Under the pieces are notes generated by a model, which had not been told where the DNA came from, ran no database searches, and saw nothing but the letters and a program-made list of their open reading frames with translations. A stretch of DNA of 64,000 nt, taken from positions 3,561-67,560 of the forward strand of contig JANLPV010000110.1 in NCBI GenBank assembly GCA_031367435.1, in the 5' to 3' direction. This document shows positions 1 through 9,421 of this stretch, piece by piece. The first letter of the stretch is position 1; every line of letters starts with the position of its first letter. The stretch comes from Actinomycetes bacterium (GTDB lineage Bacteria > Actinomycetota > Acidimicrobiia > Acidimicrobiales > Ilumatobacteraceae). A program made the position numbers and the translations under genes.

Positions 1-1
1 G

Positions 2-1552
2 GTGGCGCAGTTCGCGGCGCGGAGCGCGTCGTCGTTGGTGGCGCGCAACGACGCGCAACGAGCCCTTGGCATGATTCGTGCTCAGCGCGCCGGGGGCATT
101 GCTCTGGTCATGGCCCCTGCCGTTGTCATCGGTGTCGTCGCCGCGGGTATCACGGCGTTTCTGATGAGCGGACTCTTTCCACGTGGATTGGCTTTGCGGG
201 CCGAACCCCAGCCTGGCTTGCGGCTCGATCGGGTCGTGCTCGGGTGGGGAGGTCTTGCGTTGTTCGTGGCGTTGGCGCTGATGGTGGCCGTTGTGTCATG
301 GCGAAGCACCGCTGTGCCTCAACCAAGATCACCAATACCAGATCGGGTATTCATGCGTCTACTGTCGAATCGCCCGCAGCGGTCCATGGGTGGCAACTTT
401 GCCCTCGACCCCACGGGTGGTCGACCTACTCCGTTGGCCGCGCTCGTCACGCTGGTCGGTGTGGCATTCGCGGCAGGCGGGATCGTTGCGGTAGCGACGA
501 TCGAGTACTCACGCGACGATGCGCGGTCGGATCACCGTATCTTCGGAGCGCCAGCCGATTACTGGTTCAATGACAACGGCTCGGCGGGTGCGCCCGGTGC
601 GGTGGAGTTCGCCATGGCACAGCCCGGCATTACTGCCGTCACGAGAACCGTCGCCATCGACGACTCCACTACTCCGGCTCTGGGGCCGAGTGGTAGCGAG
701 TCGCAGGTGGAGCCGACGTCGTTCGAGGCCCTGCGTGGCGGCGCCCTTCCGACGCTCAGCAAAGGGTCGATGCCGCGTGGAGATGATGAGGTGACCGTGG
801 GAGCCGCGACGGCAAGGGAGCTTGGCGTCGGCGTCGGTGATTCCGTGTCGATAGTCGATGTCGGCAAAGTGACGCGCAGCTTCCGTGTCGTTGGTTTGGT
901 TGTGTCGTGGGGTCAGGACGACCCCGGTCACGCGTTCATCGTGAACCCGAGTTCGCTTCTCGGCCTTCTTTGTGTCGGGGGTGTCGAGAGTGGATGCAAT
1001 GTTCAGGTGTCGGTGTGGGCGCAACCCGTCGCCGCCGTCAACGACGCCGCTACCTCCAACGCCAACGCCTCCACCGCCACCATCGACGGTTTGACATCGG
1101 CAGGCTTCGTGCGGATTCAGCCGCCCGCCAACCTCGATCGCCTGCAGCAGGTTGGCAACATTCCGTGGTATCTCGCCGTCGTACTTGGTGCCCTCGGTTT
1201 GGCGGGCGTCGGCCACGCGGTGGCAACAGCGTTGCGGCGCCGTGGGGTAGACCTCGCCATTGGCCGCGCCCTCGGATGGACCCCTCGGCAATCGGCGGCC
1301 GTGCTCATCTGGCAGGCTGCGCTGATCAGTCTCGCTGGGGGCGTCGTCGGCGCGGCCCTCGGTCTGCTTGTGGGAAGAGGGATATGGACCGTGATCGCCG
1401 ATGGACTCGACATCGTGGTCAGACCAGCAACACCCCTTGGCATCGCTGCGCTGTCGGTGGCAGGCATCGTCGTGGCCTCTGTCGTGGTTTCCCTGCCGGC
1501 CTACATACGAGCTTGTCGTCTAGGCACGGCTCAGATCCTGCGCACCGACTGA
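2..1552 (+). CDS. ABC transporter permease, FtsX/MacB family (5' end outside window)
   Basis: The ORF is open at the window edge. A long extracytoplasmic region is followed by a C-terminal FtsX-type TM bundle ending ...LPAYIRACRLGTAQILRTD. The tail style matches the paralogs at 4643, 7020 and 13833. Confidence 0.8.
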   Translation: MAQFAARSASSLVARNDAQRALGMIRAQRAGGIALVMAPAVVIGVVAAGITAFLMSGLFPRGLALRAEPQPGLRLDRVVLGWGGLALFVALALMVAVVSWRSTAVPQPRSPIPDRVFMRLLSNRPQRSMGGNFALDPTGGRPTPLAALVTLVGVAFAAGGIVAVATIEYSRDDARSDHRIFGAPADYWFNDNGSAGAPGAVEFAMAQPGITAVTRTVAIDDSTTPALGPSGSESQVEPTSFEALRGGALPTLSKGSMPRGDDEVTVGAATARELGVGVGDSVSIVDVGKVTRSFRVVGLVVSWGQDDPGHAFIVNPSSLLGLLCVGGVESGCNVQVSVWAQPVAAVNDAATSNANASTATIDGLTSAGFVRIQPPANLDRLQQVGNIPWYLAVVLGALGLAGVGHAVATALRRRGVDLAIGRALGWTPRQSAAVLIWQAALISLAGGVVGAALGLLVGRGIWTVIADGLDIVVRPATPLGIAALSVAGIVVASVVVSLPAYIRACRLGTAQILRTD

Positions 1553-1590
1553 CGTTGCTGGCGACTGCAAGCACGCTGGGGACCTTGCCA

Positions 1591-1818
1591 TCAGTGGGGA
1601 TCGACCGCATGAGCGCGTAGATCAGACAGGGAGGCGTACTCCAAGGCTGATAAGTGTGTCGATGCCAGGCGCACAAACGGAGCAGCCCCGGCTTCGCCGA
1701 GCCACCAACTCTTGCCCGCACCGCGCGGACCGTGCAGATGTAAGGCCGTCGCAGTACGGCGTTTGGCAGTGCTGATGGCGGCCTCAATCTGTTCGTCGAG
1801 GATGCTCATCGCCAGCAA
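1591..1818 (-). pseudogene. truncated N-terminal fragment of a P-loop (AAA/LuxR-type large ATPase regulator-like) protein
   Basis: The 75-aa ORF carries a Walker A-like motif (LHLHGPRGAGKSWWL) about 30 aa from its start. It stops after about 70 aa with no continuation in any frame before the neighbouring permease stop. Confidence 0.3.
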
Positions 1819-1942
1819 CTCGGGCTCTCATGACCCCGTTCGAATCGGATTTGTGAACCCACCGGTAGACGCCTTTCTGTGTTCAGAACACTAGACGCCA
1901 TCCGTCATCTCTCTCGTGGGTCGAACGGTGTCTTGTGCGGGT

Positions 1943-3379
1943 TCACGACACCGGCCGAAGCGGTCCTGCAAGGGCCTTGCCGGCAGCATGCCATCCGCAC
2001 ATTCCATGCACGCCGGCACCTGGGGGTGTCGAGGCTGAGCACAGCAACAGCGCGGGGTTCGGTGTCACGTACGACCGAAGAGCGACCGTTGGTCGAAATA
2101 TCAGCTGGACGCCGTTGTGTGCGCCACCGGCGATGTCGCCCCCGACATAATTCGGATTGTACGTCTGCAAATCGGCAGGCGACGACGTGTGCCGCGCCAG
2201 TACAAGGTCTCGAAAGCCTGGTGCAAATCGCTCGATTTGCGACTCGATCGCAGACGTGGCGTCGCCGGTGTAGCCGTGGGGCACATGCGCGTAGGCCCAA
2301 AGTGTGTGCTTGCCAGCGGGCGCGCGAGTGGGATCGAACAACGAGGACTGCACTACCAGCACAAGTGGACGCGGCGGCATGCGCCCGGCCGCTACGTCGG
2401 CCTCGGCCGCCACGAGTTCGTTGAACGTGCCCACCACATGCACCGTGCCCGCGCGACGGCACGCTTCGTTCTCCCAGGGAACCGCGCCATCGAGGGCGTA
2501 GTCGATCTTGAACGACCCGGGGCCATGACGAAATCTGCGCAGTCGACTTCTGTAGCTCGCCGGCAATTCGTCGCCAGCGATCGAGGCAAGTTGCGCCGGG
2601 TTTGTATCGAACAGCGCGACGCGATGCGCCGGCAGGTCTGCCATCGAGCGAACCATCATGTTCGTGCGGACGTCGCCGCCGAGCTCCCGCAAACGAGCAA
2701 CGAGCGCGTCGGCCACCGCCTGCGAGCCACCTACTGCAACGGGCCAACCGCCTGCGTGCGCCGAACCCGCAAGCATCAAACCAAACGCCGAGGTGAGCGG
2801 CCTACTGAGTGGCAACATTGCGTGCGCCGCGCAGCCACCGAACAGCGCCGCAGCTTCCTCGGTGGCAAAGAGCCGGGTGAGCCAGGTGGCGGGCTGTAAA
2901 CCGCGCAGCCCAAAGCGGCCCAACACGAGCGGATGACGGGGTACGTTCAGCACCGGACCGAGCAACTGGGGCAATACGAGCGGCCAGTCCTCGACAAGCC
3001 GCCGCATCAACAGTCGCCATGCGCGGCTGTCGCTGCCCAAACCCTGTGCCGTTTCATACACGTCGCGGTAGAGCACACCGGCTTGGCCGCCATCGATCGG
3101 ATGAGCAAGCGGGATCTCGGGAAAGGCCCACTGCAAACCATGCTTGGCAAGGCCGGCCAACTCGAGCGCGGGCGACGAGACACCAAGCGCGTGAACGGCT
3201 GCGCACACGTCGTGCACGAAACCTGGCAACGTCAGCTGTGCCGAACGGGTTCCGCCACCAATCGTGTCGGCCGCTTCGAGCACGAGAACCGAGTGCCCTG
3301 CTTCGGCGAGTCGCACGGCGGCCGACAACCCATTGGGCCCTGAGCCAACGATGACAGCGTCAAATCGTTCGGAGGTCAT
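1943..3379 (-). CDS. FAD/NAD(P)-dependent oxidoreductase, phytoene desaturase (CrtI-like) family
   Basis: N-terminal dinucleotide-binding motif FDAVIVGSGPNGLSAAVRLAEAGHSVLVLEA..IGGG. Its length of about 478 aa is typical of the COG1233 family. I chose the ATG at 3379 over the TTG at 3385. Confidence 0.8.
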   Translation of the reverse strand: MTSERFDAVIVGSGPNGLSAAVRLAEAGHSVLVLEAADTIGGGTRSAQLTLPGFVHDVCAAVHALGVSSPALELAGLAKHGLQWAFPEIPLAHPIDGGQAGVLYRDVYETAQGLGSDSRAWRLLMRRLVEDWPLVLPQLLGPVLNVPRHPLVLGRFGLRGLQPATWLTRLFATEEAAALFGGCAAHAMLPLSRPLTSAFGLMLAGSAHAGGWPVAVGGSQAVADALVARLRELGGDVRTNMMVRSMADLPAHRVALFDTNPAQLASIAGDELPASYRSRLRRFRHGPGSFKIDYALDGAVPWENEACRRAGTVHVVGTFNELVAAEADVAAGRMPPRPLVLVVQSSLFDPTRAPAGKHTLWAYAHVPHGYTGDATSAIESQIERFAPGFRDLVLARHTSSPADLQTYNPNYVGGDIAGGAHNGVQLIFRPTVALRSYVTPNPALLLCSASTPPGAGVHGMCGWHAAGKALAGPLRPVS

Positions 3380-3443
3380 GGACAAGATCCCGTCACCTTG
3401 GGCACGATGGCAACGCGGTCAGCGCACCAATGGCGGATTCGCA

Positions 3444-4460
3444 CTACCCGCTGGCCTCCTCGCGGCGATGCCCGGCGGCAAGTTCAGAGAGTTTGCCGAG
3501 GTCGATTTGTTTCGACGGGACAGCGGCCACCTTGCACTCCGTGACTGCACGAAGCGTGGCCGTTCGGGCACCGGACTCGAACACGGCTCGTTCGCCAAGC
3601 ACCGCACCGGGGCCGAACTCGGCCAGCTTCTCGCCGTCGACCTCGACCACGAGCACGCCGTTCAACAGCAGAAAGATTTCGTCGCTCATCGAGCCCTGCT
3701 CAACGAGCGTCTTGCCCTCCTTCACCCTGCGAATGTCGGGCTTCTTGCCACCGCGCATGATCACATCCTGCAGTTCCTTCTCGAGCAGCGATTCAACCTC
3801 GGTGACCAGAGCGGGCGAATCTTCGTCGCCCCAGGGGGTGCGGCGACCGAAGGAATCGGCCATCCACTTCTTGTATTCGGCAACACTGCTCTTTGCCACG
3901 AGTTCGCCGCTGTGGTCGAATACCCAGTGTCGCGGGAACCCAGAGGCACCAGTCATCGCGGAATCGTGAGTGCCGTCGGCGTGAATGGTCAAGTCGAGTG
4001 TCGTCCACACGATTGGTGCGTGATACTGGACGAACGGCGGGTGCTTGACCGCGCGAGGCATCGGAGCGCCGGTGCGACCACCAACGGTTTGCGTGAACCG
4101 AACAGAGGTGGGCGTGACCTCAGCAGTGGCTTGTTGATCTGGCAGCTTCACGGCGGGGATGGTGATCGAACCCACGCCAAGACCAACCGTGGTCGCGCCG
4201 ATGAGTCCACCACCGCAGTAGCCGTGGCCAACGATGGCGCCCGAGTCGTCGACATCGATATACGCGCGCAGTTCGTTGGCGAAGCGGAAGCGATCGTTCA
4301 GGCGTAGATCCTCAATTGTCGCCGAGATGTCGGAGCCCATCGCGTCAGGCGGCGGTGGATCATGGTGCGCCATCTTCATCCGAGTTGCGATCTTGCCCAT
4401 TCCCTCCAAAAGGTCGGATGGGATCCATGACACCGTCGTGATACTGCGTTCGATCCTCAT
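3444..4460 (-). CDS. cyclic nucleotide-binding domain protein with uncharacterised ~230-aa N-terminal domain
   Basis: C-terminal CNB motifs are present: FGPGAVLGERAV and ARTATLRAV (Gly-Glu and Arg-Thr-Ala phosphate-binding cassette). A strong SD (AAGGAGGA) lies 5 nt upstream of the ATG at 4460. Confidence 0.8.
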   Translation of the reverse strand: MRIERSITTVSWIPSDLLEGMGKIATRMKMAHHDPPPPDAMGSDISATIEDLRLNDRFRFANELRAYIDVDDSGAIVGHGYCGGGLIGATTVGLGVGSITIPAVKLPDQQATAEVTPTSVRFTQTVGGRTGAPMPRAVKHPPFVQYHAPIVWTTLDLTIHADGTHDSAMTGASGFPRHWVFDHSGELVAKSSVAEYKKWMADSFGRRTPWGDEDSPALVTEVESLLEKELQDVIMRGGKKPDIRRVKEGKTLVEQGSMSDEIFLLLNGVLVVEVDGEKLAEFGPGAVLGERAVFESGARTATLRAVTECKVAAVPSKQIDLGKLSELAAGHRREEASG

Positions 4461-4642
4461 GTGTCCTCCTTGCTTCAAAGCTTGCTGTCGTGGATTGCGT
4501 TCGCTTGTTTCACTTCATCGTGCGCCTCGACCACCGCTGCATCCAGTGCGCTGACTGGCGTTTGCCGGTGTTGCTGGCACCCCCTTTCGACGTGAAGCGC
4601 GCACCCTGGCGCCACGGCGGTTTCGGGAGTTGAGTTGTCTTC

Positions 4643-7018
4643 GTGAGGGACGCGACAACGGTGTGGGCGAAGTCCCAGTGGCGACGCCGGTGGGTAGCGC
4701 TCGTCTTTGCAATGTTCGTGCTCGCACTCTCTGGCTCGCTTGCTCTCGCCGCGGCGCAGGGTGCCCGTCATGCCAACGGCGCGTTCGACCGACTCCGTGA
4801 CCAAACGTCCGCATCCGACATCGGAGTCGATGTGAACGACCCGAGCCTCAGGCCCGAAGGCGATGCACTTGCCGCGCGCCTTCTGCCGCTCATTGGGGCC
4901 ACGGGCGCCGCCAAGGAAGATCGATACTGGATGCGGCCGGCCGGAAGCGAGCTGGTCCCGGGATTTGAGATCTACGCCCTGGTCCAGCATCAATTGTTGG
5001 ACCGTCCGGTAGACGTTCCCGCCGTGATCGCTGGGCACCTACCGGACCCAACCAACAGTGGCCAGATCGCCCTCGGTCGACGGTTTGCTGGGCTCCTGGG
5101 CCTGCATGTGGGCGATCAGGTCACGTTCGAATCAGCGCCGGTCGATCTCTCGTTCTCGGGCCCCGATGCCGACAAGTTGAACGGGCCAAAAGTTGAGTTC
5201 ACTGTCACTGCCATCGTCGTGAGTCCCCTCGATTTCGACGCTCCAGCCGGTGTCGCCTATCTCTCTCCGGCCTTCGCCGACACGTACTCCACACAGATCT
5301 ACCGCCAATCCGGTGTTCACATTCAAGTCAGCGACAAGGCTCGTGCCCTCGAGATGGTTCGCAGCGGAACGGCCGGGTCGGGCGATGCGCAACTCGATGG
5401 CGCTCTGGGTGTGCGCCCATCACCATGGAGCAATAGTGAACAGGTGAGCGGTGGGCTGCGCGTTGTGAGCACTGCGTTGTGGCTCTTTGCAGGAGTCGTT
5501 GCCAGCGCCGGTCTGATCACGTTCGCATTGCTCGTGCGACGGCTCGCGCGCTCGACGTCCACCGACTTCGAGGTGCTCTCGGCGATAGGGCTCGATCGGC
5601 GGGGCAAGGCGGTATGTGGAGTGTTGCTTATCGCACCAGTAGTAGCACTTGGCGTGGCGGGCGCCGCGCTTGGTGGAATCGCACTCACCCCGTTCGTGCG
5701 TGTCGGTATCGCCGCACAGGTCGATCCAGAAAGTGGTCCGTTCGTTGTTTGGCAAGTGCTGACACTCGGCATGTTGGTACTCGCCATCTCGGCCTTCGTG
5801 GTGAGCGTGCCCTCTTACATTCTGATGAGGCGCACTTCACCGAGATCGCACGTTGCGGTGCATCACCCGGCTATCAGCCGTCCGATCCCGATTTCGCTGG
5901 GGATCCGTTACACACTAGGCGGCAAAGACGGCGGGGGCACCAGTCGTGCCACTGTCTTCGCCTGTGTGGGTCTGATGACCGCGGTCGTTGCCAGTATGTG
6001 TTTCGGCGCCTCGATGGCACGTCTGCCCACCCGTCCAGAGCTCTGGGGTGGCGGCTCGAACGTAGCGCTTGATTTCGGCGAGGGTGTAGGGGGAGAACCA
6101 AACGAACCCTACGACCAAGCTCTACGAGCCCTGACCCGCGACCCACGCCTCGACGCGCTGGCGGGCAAGATCGTGTTCTACCCACAGGTCGGCGGTCTGG
6201 AACCGAGCGCGCTCGCTCTCGACACCCGACTCGGTGAGCCGATGCTCACCATGCTTGCGGGACGCGCGCCAAGCTCGCCGAGCGAAATCGTTATGGGGCG
6301 AGTCACGATGCGGCGGTTGTCACTGCACCTCGGAGATGTCGTTAACGTGACCTTGGGCGACTCCACTGAGTCGTTTCACCTCGTCGGACAGGCTGCGTTC
6401 CCTCTCCTCGACTTTCCCGTCTTCGGCGACGGGGTCGCTGTCACACTCGATGGTGGCAGCAGGTTCCCCGAGTTCGCTGCAGGCGCGCACCAATATCAAA
6501 TCATGCTGAAGTGGGCCGACGAGGTGGACGAGGTCGCCGCTATGGCCGATCTCGTCGGGCAGCGCTACCACATCGGAGTCCCGCGACCACCAGCTCCGGT
6601 CGCCAACTTGGTGCAAGTGCAACAGCTTCCTTTGCTGCTGGCCGCTTTCTTCGGTGTACTCGCGCTAACAACCGTCGCATATTTGCTTGCAGTTTCCGCT
6701 CGTGCCAGGCGACGCCAGTTCGCTGTGCTTGCCGCGCTCGGGTTGCGTCCCGGCGACCGTGCCGCGATCGTTGGGTGGCAGGCAGCGACCCTCGGCGTCC
6801 TCGCCTGCGCTCTTGGCGTTCCGGCCGGCATTGTCGCCGGACGAGCCGTGTGGACAACCGTCGTACGCCGTATCGGAGTGGCGGCCGAACACGAGCTTCC
6901 GCTCGGCGCGCTCGCGGTCACCGTCGCAATTGCCCTGTTCGGCTCGCTCTCGATCGCCGTGGTGCTGATCCTTTCCGCTCGTCGGCAACCTCTTGCAACC
7001 TCGCTCAGGGCCGACTGA
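4643..7018 (+). CDS. ABC transporter permease, fused double FtsX/MacB-type
   Basis: The 791-aa protein has two TM bundles separated by large extracytoplasmic regions. Its C-terminal tail ...SARRQPLATSLRAD is typical of FtsX. It starts with GTG. Confidence 0.85.
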   Translation: MRDATTVWAKSQWRRRWVALVFAMFVLALSGSLALAAAQGARHANGAFDRLRDQTSASDIGVDVNDPSLRPEGDALAARLLPLIGATGAAKEDRYWMRPAGSELVPGFEIYALVQHQLLDRPVDVPAVIAGHLPDPTNSGQIALGRRFAGLLGLHVGDQVTFESAPVDLSFSGPDADKLNGPKVEFTVTAIVVSPLDFDAPAGVAYLSPAFADTYSTQIYRQSGVHIQVSDKARALEMVRSGTAGSGDAQLDGALGVRPSPWSNSEQVSGGLRVVSTALWLFAGVVASAGLITFALLVRRLARSTSTDFEVLSAIGLDRRGKAVCGVLLIAPVVALGVAGAALGGIALTPFVRVGIAAQVDPESGPFVVWQVLTLGMLVLAISAFVVSVPSYILMRRTSPRSHVAVHHPAISRPIPISLGIRYTLGGKDGGGTSRATVFACVGLMTAVVASMCFGASMARLPTRPELWGGGSNVALDFGEGVGGEPNEPYDQALRALTRDPRLDALAGKIVFYPQVGGLEPSALALDTRLGEPMLTMLAGRAPSSPSEIVMGRVTMRRLSLHLGDVVNVTLGDSTESFHLVGQAAFPLLDFPVFGDGVAVTLDGGSRFPEFAAGAHQYQIMLKWADEVDEVAAMADLVGQRYHIGVPRPPAPVANLVQVQQLPLLLAAFFGVLALTTVAYLLAVSARARRRQFAVLAALGLRPGDRAAIVGWQAATLGVLACALGVPAGIVAGRAVWTTVVRRIGVAAEHELPLGALAVTVAIALFGSLSIAVVLILSARRQPLATSLRAD

Positions 7019-7019
7019 G

Positions 7020-9329
7020 ATGGCAGTGGACTCGGTGAGCGCAATCGCCTTGTGGGTGCGTAGCCACATCCAACGCGACTGGCGCGCCCTCACAGCGTTG
7101 GCGCTGAGTGTTGCCGTCTTCGGCGGATTGGCGATGACCGCAGGCATTGGTGCGCTACGGGCGGGCTCGGCGTGGGAAGAACTGCTGGCTCGAACGAACG
7201 TCCCCGACTTCGCCAAAGAAGTACCAAGCGGCGAATCACAAGCCGTCGTCGACGAGCTTCTCTCCCGCTCAGGCGTGGCCAGCGCCACCCGTATGGCTTT
7301 CATGTTGATTGGTCTGGAGGGGTCGCCTCCTACGGGTGGCTTCACCGGACTCGACGCCGGTTTTGGCACCGACATCTACCGTCCAATCGTGGTCTCGGGG
7401 CGTGCCGCCGATCCCGCACGCGTCGACGAGTTCACGATCAACCCGGTGATGGCACACCTCACCGGCCTTCGCCCGGGCGACCATACGGTGCTCGTGTCCA
7501 CCCCCGACCTCGTTCATCAGCCCGCGACGATGGTGGGTATCGTCGTAGGGCCCTTGGACATCGGCCTCAACGGCGGTCAGCCCTCGGCATGGCTCACACC
7601 TGCGTTCGGAAGCAGGTGGTTCGAGGCGTACCTCGCGGCCAACCCGCCACAGGTGCGTGACACCTATCGCGACGTTGTGATGGTCAACGTGACGTCGCAG
7701 GCCGTGCACGCCCAGCTCAGCGCTGAGAACTACTTGGCCGACTCCGACTTCGCCGGACACGAAATTGCGGCAGCGCTCGACGCAGTAGGAACGGTGTATC
7801 TGATTCTCGCGATCACAACCGCCGTTGGCTTGCTGATTGCTGTTGGCCAACTGACGGGCAGGCGCGTTCGTCGACAATCGGAACAAGCCGTCACCCTCGC
7901 TGCCCTGGGGCTGACACCTGGTGACCGCCGATTGGCCTTGGCCGGATCACACGTCTTCGCGGCATTTCTCGGCACACTACTGGCACCCGCGGTGGCCTAC
8001 TTGGCGAGCCCGCTCACCGGTCGCGGCCTCATCAGTCAGGTCGATCCCAACGGGTATCACGTCACTGACTTGTTCATTCTGTCTCTCGGTGCCCTTACTG
8101 GCTTCGTCGTACTCTCGGCGACAGCACTCGGCGCTGCATGGGGGACGCACACCACGTCGTCGACCGCGTCGCGACCGACGCCGTTGGCATCAGTAGCTCT
8201 TCCTGGCCCGGCGGGGTTGTTCGGGAGCAAGGTCGCGGCTGGCTGGACGACACGATCAGGACGGTCGGCAGCCCGAGGCCAGGTCGGAGTGCTGACCTTG
8301 GGAATCGCGGCCGCGGTCGCCGTGTTGGTGTGGTCGAGCGCGGCACGTCACGTGGTGAGCGCACCTGAACTGTACGGCGCGAATTGGGATGCAGCCGTCG
8401 TCGTCAACGACGACGGCTCCGACGTCGATCTTGTTGTCGCTGCAAACACGGCGCGTGATCGCATCGCATCGAGACCCGACATCGGATCTGTGCTCGGAAC
8501 CGGCATAGCCGGCATGGTCGAGACACAGGTGGGCCGAGCAGAGGTTCTACAGATCGACAAGAACGCCGGGCCGTGGTGGCCAACGTTGTTGGCCGGCCGA
8601 GTCCCGAACGATCCGCACGAGATAACCGTCGGCGGGGCTGCGCTTGTCGGCCAATTACACATCGATAGCACGGTCACCATCGACGATCAGCAATACACCA
8701 TCGTTGGCGAGCACGTCACGACAACCTGGTCGAACGGCGAGTTCGGGCAGACGGTCGCGATGTACACCGGCACCATCCAAGATGCACACGTCGGGGCGCC
8801 GACCGCGGTGGTTTGGACAGAACTCGCAGGGGACGCAACCACCGATGACCTCGCCGCGCTGGTGGGCGATGCGTACGCCGTAACAAGCCCGCAGCAGGTG
8901 CGTCCGAGCGACGTCACGAACCTCGAGCTGATCGGCGGGCTTGATGAACTGCTGTTGTTGACGTGTGCGTTGCTCGCAGCGGCGACGTTGGCAAACGGCA
9001 TCATTCTGGCAACCCGCGCCCGCCGGCGCGATCACGCAACGATTCGAGCGCTGGGCGCCCGACCCTCGACGATTGCAGGCTCGGTTCGTTGGCATGTAGC
9101 CATCGTGAGCACGGTCAGCGCGGCTGTGGGTATTCCACTTGGTTTGCTTGCTGGAGCATCCGTGTGGCGTCGAACCGCACATACGGTGTACGTCGACGAT
9201 GTGCTTCGTCGACCAGCCGGAGTTGCGATCTCAGTGCTCGCCGCGTTGCTGTTGACCAGCGCACTGGTCGCCGCGGCAAACGGGGTGTCGGCAACCCGAC
9301 GCAGCCGCGCCCAAGTGACGCCAGAGTGA
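7020..9329 (+). CDS. ABC transporter permease, fused double FtsX/MacB-type
   Basis: The ATG lies 1 nt after the stop of the previous permease. The N-terminus SAIALWVRSHIQRDW is paralogous to the 13833 gene (PAIALWVRSVLRRRW). It has two FtsX-like TM bundles. Confidence 0.85.
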   Translation: MAVDSVSAIALWVRSHIQRDWRALTALALSVAVFGGLAMTAGIGALRAGSAWEELLARTNVPDFAKEVPSGESQAVVDELLSRSGVASATRMAFMLIGLEGSPPTGGFTGLDAGFGTDIYRPIVVSGRAADPARVDEFTINPVMAHLTGLRPGDHTVLVSTPDLVHQPATMVGIVVGPLDIGLNGGQPSAWLTPAFGSRWFEAYLAANPPQVRDTYRDVVMVNVTSQAVHAQLSAENYLADSDFAGHEIAAALDAVGTVYLILAITTAVGLLIAVGQLTGRRVRRQSEQAVTLAALGLTPGDRRLALAGSHVFAAFLGTLLAPAVAYLASPLTGRGLISQVDPNGYHVTDLFILSLGALTGFVVLSATALGAAWGTHTTSSTASRPTPLASVALPGPAGLFGSKVAAGWTTRSGRSAARGQVGVLTLGIAAAVAVLVWSSAARHVVSAPELYGANWDAAVVVNDDGSDVDLVVAANTARDRIASRPDIGSVLGTGIAGMVETQVGRAEVLQIDKNAGPWWPTLLAGRVPNDPHEITVGGAALVGQLHIDSTVTIDDQQYTIVGEHVTTTWSNGEFGQTVAMYTGTIQDAHVGAPTAVVWTELAGDATTDDLAALVGDAYAVTSPQQVRPSDVTNLELIGGLDELLLLTCALLAAATLANGIILATRARRRDHATIRALGARPSTIAGSVRWHVAIVSTVSAAVGIPLGLLAGASVWRRTAHTVYVDDVLRRPAGVAISVLAALLLTSALVAAANGVSATRRSRAQVTPE

Positions 9330-9421
9330 CCACGTCATGGCGCGACAGTGTGGCTGGCACCACCTTGCGACACAGGCTCGCGCCCTCGCCCCAGAGGCGC
9401 GAATGGTGTTGAATCACTGAC

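Noticed and set aside
509-1291. There are many long ORFs antisense to or out of frame with the called genes, for example 509..1291(-), 12616..13308(-), 14422..15387(+), 16204..17157(+), 47809..48723(-), 52473..53195(-) and 56556..58037(+).
   Set aside because: Their translations are Arg/Ala/Pro/Ser-rich and low in complexity, with no motifs. Each lies opposite a gene with clear family motifs. This is the expected stop-codon-poor artefact of high-GC DNA.
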